This document shows, one piece after another, positions 11,360-19,565 of a stretch of 64,000 nucleotides of DNA; the stretch's first letter is position 1, and each line of letters opens with the position of its first letter. The stretch is from positions 2,108,001-2,172,000 of the forward strand of contig OZ038379.1 of assembly GCA_964036045.1 (NCBI GenBank). Reading direction: 5' to 3'. This DNA is from Eutreptiella sp. 'Long Island Sound 2002' (Eukaryota; Protista; Euglenida). The notes under the pieces were generated by a model, which was not told the origin of the DNA, made no database searches, and saw nothing but the letters and a program-made list of their open reading frames with translations. A program made the position numbers and the translations under genes.

Positions 11360-14110
11360 AAGTGTTAACTAGGGGCGAGATTTCAGGACGATAATCGTTA
11401 ACTCCGTCTCGCGGGAGAGTTAACGATTATCGTCCCGAAATCTGGAGGGACCGAGCCAGAGTTAACGATTATCGTCCTGAAATCTGGGCCAACCGCCAAT
11501 TCACCTGGGGTTGTGACCAATCACTAAAACCGGCTTTTCAAGCCGGTTCCAATGAGCCTATCCGGAAGAATTTTCATTTTTCAACCGAAAAAACGTTTTC
11601 GTAACCGGCAATAACCACGGTTGTCATGATGACATCGTTATGACAAGAGGAATAAATAACAAAATAACTAGTTTGCATAGAGGAAGAAAACTGGGTAGTA
11701 TGATGATAGTTGGCGAATTCGGAAATTACTTTGGCGGATGCGGCAAAGTATTTGGGTGTTTGCCCCAAAACGCTGGGTGTGTACCATCGGGCTGCTTTGA
11801 ACACCACGAACCGGGCTGCAACTGTGTTGAGCACATACCAAGAGCCTGAGGAGAAACCGAAGGTTGCAGCAGAGCCCGTAAAGGAACCGGAGGTTAAGCC
11901 CGAAGTTGTAGCGCAGTCTTCTGTGGATAGGGATGTGCGTGCCTCGCAGTCCTCTCTTTGCTCTTCCTTGCAATCTTTGAAGGAGTATGTTGTGGCTGAG
12001 GCACACAACTCCCCAGCGAAGGACACAGTTGTCTCTGAGGACATGTTGCCTGAGGCACAGGAATCCCCAAGTAAGGGTAGCAATGTTTCCGAAGACATTC
12101 TGGCTAAGGGTAGTGTTGCTTCTGAGGCTTTGTCTATGGTCGAGTCTCTGGATGTCCTTGCTAATGACCCTGTGGTTGTTTCCTCAGACTCGGAGTGGGA
12201 TTATGAGGAGCGCCCATTGACACAGCTTTCTCTCAAAAGGTCCCTTGAGGAGGCTAGGGAAAGCTATCATGCATCCGCTTGGGCAGCTCCCGCAGCACCA
12301 GCAGGTTCCCCTGTGAATCAGGACTTGTCCAAATACTCCTCAGCCGTTTAAAAAAATGCGGCGACCGTGCTTTCCTCCTCGGACCGTTCCTCGCGAGAAC
12401 ATCTGCTACAAGTGTTCTAGGGAGATTTTCGTTTTGCGGCCATAGCGTGGTGGTAAGCGGACTTCTTGCAATGCTTGCAATGCCCCTTTTCATGAGAAAT
12501 GCTTCTACAGCTCTGTTGTGAAGCCAGAGGATGGGGTGGGCCCTTGTTGTCTTGAGGCACAGTAGTATGCCCATCAATCTATCTATATATCGATCTATAA
12601 AAATTGACATGTGCATTGTTGCATGTTGTTGTAGAGTGGGACTTTTTTTTCCCATACGGGTTTTTTTTCATGCCCAATGTGGTTTTCAAGCGTTCACTCA
12701 CTTTGCTTTGCCTTGCACGTGCTTGAGGAGGGATGGGGCATGTGGCGCTGATATGGAGTTAACGATTATCGTCCTGAAATCTCGCCCCTTGAGTTAACAC
12801 TTTTAGGTAATCGTTCAGTGTTAACGCTTATCGTCCTGAAATCTCGGCCCGTTCGCTTCGCTCCTACAGGGCCGAGATTTCAGGACGATAAGCGTTAACA
12901 CTGAACGATTATGTAATAGAAAGGGCTGGGGGCATTGAATAGATATCAAAATGCATTTGCATTGTTGTTCGCAATGGCGCTACGTGATGGCCTCACCATC
13001 AATTCACCTTTGGACGCTTTCGTTGGCTTATTGTTAGAATTACATGCTGTGTCTCCTTCCCAAGCTTGCAATGCATATTCGGCACTTTTGTTGGTGCCTG
13101 GATTTCATGATGTAAAGTATCACCCGCTTTTGAAGCAGGCTAAAAAGGCATGGAACAAGCATTCCCCGCGCTACGCCGCTTTCTGGGATCCCGTTCCTGT
13201 CTTCGTTGCATTTCTCAATACCTCATATGATGTAAAGTACATTGCGCATGCACGCATTCGTCTCATTTTGCTATGGCGTTTTTTGGGCTTGTTTAGGTCC
13301 ATCGACTTGAGCCGAACCAAGAGGCAGGTGTCCTCTATTGGTGAGCGCCGATTCGTAGTCGTCCAACGCAAAAACAAACCAGATTACCGATGGGAAGAGA
13401 TCTTGATGTTACATTTGCACGCATGGTCGCCGTGGCATGCCCTATGCACATATGTAGAGTTGACGGCGCCTTTGGTGGCGCCCGGCTCAGCGCTCTTGAT
13501 TGCGCTTCACCGTCCATATTTGCCGCTAACGGCTGATACCATTGGTTCCTTGACACGGCGCGAGTTGCAGCGCCTTGGTGTCGACACGTCTGTTTTCGGC
13601 CCACACACCACGCGTGGCGCCTTTGTAGAATTCTTTCGTTTTTTGCAGCTACCTTCCGAAGTGGTGGCCGCGCTGGGGCAATGGGACAATTTGGAGGCTT
13701 TTTGCAAGCATTACTTGCGCGTTGGCGCATCCGGTGAAGCCAGGCAGGCCTTGAATAATTTTTTGGAGCAAACAGTGCACAACTCCTCACTTGGGTCAAG
13801 GGGCTCGAGCGCAGTACCGCATACTCACCGGGAGCCTGTCTTGCAGGTAACCAGGGGAGGAAGTGGTACAAAGCGAGAGCACCAAGACACAAGTGAGCCC
13901 AACCCGCCCAAACCCAAAGCGCCTAAGCGTAAGAGATCTATAGAGCATTTCCAGAGCCAGAAGTTACCGCGAGTCGAAGGTATGTCATCCCGTGGGCGTT
14001 CCACGACACGCTTTGTGGTAAATGATAGCGACTCCTCCGAGGGTAGTGTATATGTACAATCAGAAGAGGACGAGAACTGCTCCTCACCAACCACCGTCAA
14101 TCAAGAGTAA
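9481..14110 (+). CDS. DIRS tyrosine recombinase ORF, interrupted by insertion 11362-12922; long N-terminal part overlaps RT
   Basis: Removing the insertion joins ...QIEQHLK to GLGALNRYQNAF... in frame. Catalytic motifs FRSIDL (R), HTTR (HxxR), LGQW and KHY (Y) lie in 12935-14110. Confidence 0.9.
11362..12922. mobile_element. Hairpin-ended inserted element of unassigned class
   Basis: Six copies of a ~27-bp motif (GAGTTAACGATTATCGTCCTGAAATCT or variant). 27-bp stem-loop at 11378-11443, 43-bp perfect stem-loop at 12808-12911, and ~50-bp inverted repeat 11357-11405 vs 12755-12805. AAA is shared at both junctions. Confidence 0.85.
11710..12351 (+). CDS. ORF in the hairpin element: N-terminal helix-turn-helix-like motif plus acidic low-complexity tail
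   Basis: ITLADAAKYLGVCPKTLGVYHR resembles the MerR/excisionase-like HTH pattern LT..EAA..LGVS..TL. There is no ATG at the 5' end (starts TTG directly after a TAG). Confidence 0.4.
   Translation: MANSEITLADAAKYLGVCPKTLGVYHRAALNTTNRAATVLSTYQEPEEKPKVAAEPVKEPEVKPEVVAQSSVDRDVRASQSSLCSSLQSLKEYVVAEAHNSPAKDTVVSEDMLPEAQESPSKGSNVSEDILAKGSVASEALSMVESLDVLANDPVVVSSDSEWDYEERPLTQLSLKRSLEEARESYHASAWAAPAAPAGSPVNQDLSKYSSAV
13785..13897 (+). other. DIRS internal complementary region (ICR), embedded in the YR coding sequence
   Basis: 13785-13822 is complementary to 8219-8256, and 13818-13897 is complementary to 14142-14221 (80 bp). The two halves overlap at CGCAT. Confidence 0.95.
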
Positions 14111-14149
14111 CCAACAAACACGCCGGCAGAGAAGAGTGGTCCTCACTTG
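14103..14149 (-). repeat. DIRS 3' inverted terminal repeat
   Basis: Reverse complement of 8248-8294. Confidence 0.95.
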
Positions 14150-14221
14150 TGTCTTGGTGCTCTCGCTTTGTACCACTTCCTCCCCTGGTTACCTGCAAGA
14201 CAGGCTCCCGGTGAGTATGCG

Positions 14222-14461
14222 TATTCTGTGAATTGCCGCATTGTCCTGCAAGGCATGGTGCCCAGCATGTTGGGTAAGTGCCTGTTTTATGCACATGACA
14301 GCAACGCCATGCATATCAATTGTGTACACCTCATACAGGAACTCACGTCTAAAGATTACCCCCAGTCCTGGTGGCTACCCATATTACGTGGCCGCCTGAC
14401 GGGAAAGGGCATACAGCCATCGGCCATAAAACATATCATCCATGCAGGAACGTCCAGCTAA
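14222..14461 (+). pseudogene. Second PLE reverse transcriptase, 3' part
   Basis: YSVNCRIVLQGMVPSMLGKCLFY...KDYPQSWW aligns with TAPNAQCMLQSWIPSVIKKCLHY...KDMPKQWW of the RT at 291-1316, and continues in frame from VDA at 8215-8223. Confidence 0.85.
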
Positions 14462-14974
14462 GTTCAACAGGTGGCACACACACGCCCTGCCCCACTGCAC
14501 TGCACTACAGTACAGTTTACACACCGATGCTCCTGTGTTTTATGGAGGTGCTATGGCACACGACGACCAGCACTGCTGGATTTTCCACACAGCTATGACC
14601 ATATGTGACGAAAAGCCAACCGCAGCGAACCCTATCGGCCCACCCCCTGTGGGTGGGCCGGTCCAAGGCAAGTTGTATTACACTTATGCTCTTCAGGCTT
14701 TTGTTTCATGGACCATTGCTCGTGCCGTGCTCCGTGGGACTTACACTGAGGAGACACTGTGGTCGTGAGGAAATATAACGTCCAATAAAACTTTCTCAGA
14801 TACACACCAATTAGGACAATGACAATGAGGAGGGAGGGGGAACCAAATGATAACATGATGATACCCGCATTTTTGCTATCCTTTCCCTCCTTCCACTTTT
14901 TTTTGTCCATCCGCATCTTGAGGTCCTGTGTACAGGCAGGCAACTGTGCAGGACGCCCATCTTGAGCTGATGTG

Positions 14975-15465
14975 CACCAAGTGAACCCATGCTCACAGTG
15001 GACGCCAAATGCCAAAAAACAACAGCCATTGTAGTGTGCACACGATTAGGCCACTTAGTGCAAGTGAACCCATGGTCACAGGGGAGTCGAATTGCCACAG
15101 AAACAAAATCATTGCAATGTGCAGACCATCCGGCCAATAAATACCAGTGAACCCATGCTTACAGGGCAGATGCCACACAACAACATGGATTGTAGTGTGC
15201 AAAACATACCGCCACTTAGTGCAAGTGAAGCCATGCTCACAGTGGATTCCCAACCCTACAGAACAACAAAGATTGCACTGTGCAGACCACCCGGCCACTT
15301 AGTGCAAGTGAATTCATGCTCACAAGGCAGCCCATATGCCACAAAACAACAATGATCGCAGTGTGTAGACCATCTGGCCACTCAGTGCAAGTGAACCCAT
15401 GGTCACACGGGACTGGGATTGCCACAGAAATAAAATCATTGCAACGTGCAGACCATCCGGCCACC
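14975..15465 (-). repeat. 83-bp satellite, inverted relative to 5400-6490
   Basis: 15464-15237 is nearly identical to 6233-6460. Confidence 0.9.
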
Positions 15466-16976
15466 CAATTGGAAGAGGCCTTTGATGGCCCGGCGGATGG
15501 GTGCCGGCGAGGTTCTTATAACGGTGGTTCAGGTCCCACCGCTTTTCCACAATGCCAAGGACTTGCAGTGCAGCCCCGAGTTGCCGTGTTGTTCCACAAT
15601 TCTACGGCGCAATTGGGTGTTGCTAGCTAGCCAACATTGTTGCACACCGGGCTGTGGGTACTCCCGGCAAGCAACGCTCCACATCACCCCATTGGCATGT
15701 TGCAACCATGGGCAGCCGACTTGCCATTCGGGTTTGAAACAACGCTTCTCGTTCTTGGCGGTTGGTGGGTGCACCCGTGGCCGGGGTGTGCATGCTTTGC
15801 ATACTACCTCCACACGGGGGGCGACATGCACTGCACACGTGGTATGCACCAGATGCTTGCATGTGTTGCATGCCCGCATGTCAGATCCAGGTGGTTGATT
15901 GCACACACGGCATACACATTTGAAGCAATGACCATGCTGCGTGCACAAGGCATGAACTTTGTGATTACAATTGGTACAACTGATGATATCCCCGAGCAGT
16001 TTGTCGTCACGGCAGGCAGATATGGGGAGGAAAGTGATAGGGCAGAAGGACAGGCGCGCTACCTTCGTATGAACTATCCTGGCTTTAGCCCCAAGTTTAT
16101 CCTCACCTAGGGAAGTCCCCCAAGTAGACCGCACTGGACCGCAAACCTTCCCTGCAATGCACGTTGCATAAGCCGAAATATGAGAATTCAACAACACAGA
16201 ATGTCACTCACAATGTGCTTAACAAACAATATTATTCCCACAAGTGTGGGTGTCAATACATTCAGCACAATAGTGCTCCTTACACTCACCACAAACTGTG
16301 ATAGTGGAGCGCTTGTGACAACACACCGCACACACTTCTGCCTCATCCTCTCCCTCATCGTGCGTGGCGGCCGAGTTGCTCTTGTCCGTCCAAACATGAG
16401 GCGGAACATGGTCCCATGGTCCATAAGGAGGGTGACGGACCTGCCTCCGAATGCAAAACTGAGAAAAATGCAATAAAATATGGACTGGCTGGTGCAACTC
16501 ATCGGGGCCACCACGCCAAATGGTTCCAAATGTCCCCAATGCCACAAGCGAGCAAACAACTGCTCAATGCGTGCCCGATACCACCCATGTACATCATTAT
16601 AGCATTGTTGCCGGCTGTCAAAGTTCCATTCTTTCGTCCAATGAATGGCACAATGACATGAATCCGGCCTTTATAAGCACCATCATGGCCCCCAACCTCA
16701 AAATCGAAGAAATCACCTCGGGTACAAGAAGGACCATACCCATCCCAAATGAGACCATGGTGGGGAGAGATCAATATGGCTACATCACCCTTGCCTTCTT
16801 GGAGTCCCCATGGTGGGGAGAAATCAACCTAGAAAGGAGTGGATGTGGTGGAAATGAGCAAAAAAATGTGTGAAAAAGGTCGAAAATGGGTGAAACCGGG
16901 GGCAAAAACGGTCATGGGTGGGGAACGGTCAAAAAAGTTTGCCCGGCGCGCGCCCGACGGACTAACACTCGCCCTA
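15465..16976 (-). mobile_element. Truncated hAT-family transposon (5' part)
   Basis: Terminus TAGGGCGAGTG at 16976. Encodes a TTF-type zinc finger typical of hAT transposase N-termini, and is cut off by the satellite before any catalytic core. Confidence 0.6.
15529..16545 (-). pseudogene. Cys/His zinc finger + PHD-like fingers + TTF-type zinc finger (hAT transposase N-terminus)
   Basis: CAVC..CGECKEHYCAEC..HTC (16219-16545). CTNC..HALC and CRVC..CNTC..HTTC..CKAC (PHD-like). FKPEWQVGCPWL..WSVAC..W..EQHGNSGLHCKSLALW (TTF-like). A stop at 15529 and a break between the ORFs. Confidence 0.65.
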
Positions 16977-17453
16977 GGTCTTAGGTCCATTTAAGTTCCT
17001 CAACTGGTGGCAGTTGGTGCTCTTGACTTTTCTGGTGGTGTCCTCCAGGCGTGCGCCGGGCAAACATTCCCCCCTGACCCACTGCCCACGCATCGAACCC
17101 ACCTGCAGGGCACCCCAAGAATGAAACCACAGCCAGGCCCCACCCTTACCCCAGCGAGGGAGGACAGGGATTGGAACATGCAAACTTTTGGCTGAACAAT
17201 GCCGGAAAGTGAACACGCAGCGGACTGAGTTGGCGATGAAGGTAGTGTGAACTCACGCGCAGCTGGAGCGAAGTGGCGGGTCCACACCTAACCTTTTGAG
17301 GCCATGAATGCCGGTCGGTTTGCTGCAGCTTGTTATGAGCCTCGCAGTATGAGCAGAGTTTGCAATGAGATCATGGCCCATCAGAACCGTGTAATGCAAA
17401 TGCCAAGGTTTTGGCGGCCGCTGCATTCTCATCCATTGTTTTCCAGTGGGGCC

Positions 17454-17931
17454 ATGACCCACATATTTGTGTGGCTAGTGTTATGCCTCATTCTTGATGT
17501 GCGGCCTGCTCCCACAGCAGACTTCTTGCCGACGGATCCCAAAGTGCGAAAGGTTGGCCGCTTCCAAGCACAGCCTGATGACTCCCTTCGGTTTGATCAT
17601 CCAGGGACAGAAATCCGCCTGTGGATTTCAGGGGCCACCCGTATTCACTTTGATCTGAGCCAGTATTTTCCCTCGCCGGCATGGAATGTCCAGCCACACT
17701 ACTTCGAGATGTTCGTGGATGGGGTCAAGATGATGGATGGGGCGGAGATCACGTATCATTCGACATCATCCGTAGGGCAAAGTGAGAGCACCTCCTTCAC
17801 ATACACGGTCCTGGGCTTGTCCGGGGCGGCCTCGCAGACCGTCGTCTTCTACAAATCTTCCGAAGCGCAATGGAATGAGGAGTCTGTGGGCACGAATTAC
17901 ATGACAATGGAGCTGATACGGTTGTTTCCAG
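17454..17931 (+). CDS. Giant receptor, exon 1: signal peptide + CE2 N-terminal domain
   Basis: MTHIFVWLVLCLILDVRPA is a hydrophobic leader. VGRF..FDHPGTEI..VDG..YKSSEA matches the CE2 N-terminal pattern. Donor CCAG|GTTGGC is in phase 1. Confidence 0.8.
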
Positions 17932-19565
17932 GTTGGCCCCCCTCCGCTTTCCAAGAGGTCAGGATCATGCTGGTTATTTCAAAACCTGACATCATGGCCT
18001 CCGCTTTCCAAGGGCCTTGGTGGTGGGTTAGGGTAGTGACCGCTGATAAAGCGACGTGCCATCGCCTGAGTGGTGAAATCAAGAGGCATTCGACACAGAC
18101 ACAGCCGAGGGAGACAGCGGATGGAACAGTCTGGTTAAACTTGAGTGGTTTAGTGTACTGATCACGGTCCCCACCAGACAAGAAGGCCTGGAGGTTTTAG
18201 AAACAGGTGTTTCTCTGAGTGTTGCTGCCCTGTGTCAGATGCTCTGACCTGCTGTGTGTCAGCATTCCTGGGCCTGGGGGCAGTCCATGAACCTGTTGTG
18301 CACCTTATGTTGGGGGGGGGATGATGCAAATGCGTAACCCCCCCCCCCCTTTGCGAGAGCAACACCCTTGTCAGAGCAACAGTAGGTGTTGTTTCCGCAA
18401 CTTTTGGAACCGTGGAATTTGGCGGTTCCATTTTCTGGTGCTGCATTAAGATCACGTTTTTTCGGTGATTTGAGGCTGGGGATGGTGTTTTAGGGATATT
18501 GGTTGCTGCCCTGCCACCCATTTTCACCCCTTCTTGTCCTTTGGAGGTGGAAATTGGGGAACCACCTGACGACTACTACATTCATGACGCAATAGTCACC
18601 TCTTGTGTTTTCTCACGGCGTGCACAAACAACGCCCTTGTCAGAGCAACAAGAGGTGTCGTTTCGGTCAAATTTTGGAACTTTAGTGATGCTCTCGCAAG
18701 GGGGGGGGGGTAATTTTGCATAATTTTGCATACGGGGCTTTGGGCATAATTTGCACAATTTTGCCCAACTGTGCAACCACGAATCTGGCGTTCGCCCCAT
18801 GTGTTGGCCCTTTGTTTGCTGTTGTGTGTGTTCACTTTTGCTGCAGCTGTTTGCCCTTTCATCAATGCATAAAATTTTGAAGCCACTGGTTGTCACCCAA
18901 CCACCATCAGATGAGCTTGACGATGATGACATTCATGAGTTTGATGGTGGTGACAGTGGGTAGCCGCACAGTATTGGACCGCGGCCATTGCGTTGCGTCA
19001 TACTTCTGAGCCCAGGGTGTCGTGCCTTGCTCTGCCTCTTCACTTGCATCATTTTGCATAGTTTTGCATAATTTTCCATGCACCGATACCCCCCCCCCTT
19101 TGATTATGTGTGTGCCTGTGGGGTACCCCAGCAGGCTTGTGCTCAGTGTGGCGTGCACCCTACCTTGGGGGGGGGGGGGGGGTCGAGGTACCTATGGTCT
19201 TTTAGGCCAATTTTGACGAGCCAATTTTCTTCCTGCGCTTTGTGCTGATCGCCTCTTGTGCACACGTGCATTAGCACAGGCTTCCTCCGGGGGGTCAGAG
19301 GCAAAAAAACAAGTTTGTGTACCTGAAATCGGCCTCCAATTTCGGGCTCCATTGATGAATCTTAAGTTTTTCCTGAGGACGACTTTGCTGATGTAGGTGG
19401 GCGGGTGGGTCGGCTGGGGGTTGGCCAGGGCCCCAAACGCCCGGGCTACTAAGCACAACCCTGTGACCCAGTCCGGGCAGCTCTCCATCCCGTGACCCCT
19501 GGGACCCCCACGGCTCCGGGACTCCCCGCCGTTCCATCCCACTGCCGCCCTCCGCCTCTCCATAG
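17932..19565 (+). other. GT-AG intron, 1634 bp
   Basis: GT at 17932; pyrimidine tract and CATAG ending at 19565. Splicing gives FPG-SAILLDPPAPPTRRIEFIGD, a continuous CE2/SGNH sequence in frame with ORF 19682-41155. Confidence 0.8.
18338..18710. mobile_element. MITE-like element, 373 bp, with poly-C/poly-G TIRs and TAA duplication
   Basis: C12-TTTGCGAGAGCA at the left end and TGCTCTCGCAA-G11 at the right end, with TAA at 18335-18337 and 18711-18713. Confidence 0.7.

Larger units (their letters stand above)
8219..14221 (+). mobile_element. DIRS-type tyrosine-recombinase retrotransposon, structurally complete, with a 1561-bp internal insertion
   Basis: Has gag-like, RT-RNaseH-MT and YR ORFs, 47-bp inverted terminal repeats, and an internal complementary region matching both termini. 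ATGCG is present at both ends (8219-8223, 14217-14221). Confidence 0.95.

Noticed and set aside
14746-14775. Hammerhead ribozyme at the PLE 3' end (CTGAGGA-GAC..GTC)
   Set aside because: Stem II is followed by GTGA, not the required GAAA, and no stems I or III are evident. An Infernal search would be decisive.
5400-15465. The two 83-bp arrays as terminal repeats of one 10-kb foldback element
   Set aside because: The best match pairs the inner end of the left array with the outer end of the right array, which is not mirror symmetry. No TSD was found.
17304-17453. Upstream ATG at 17304 as the receptor start
   Set aside because: It would bury the signal peptide behind 50 non-hydrophobic residues. 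ATG 17454 follows an acceptor-like AG.
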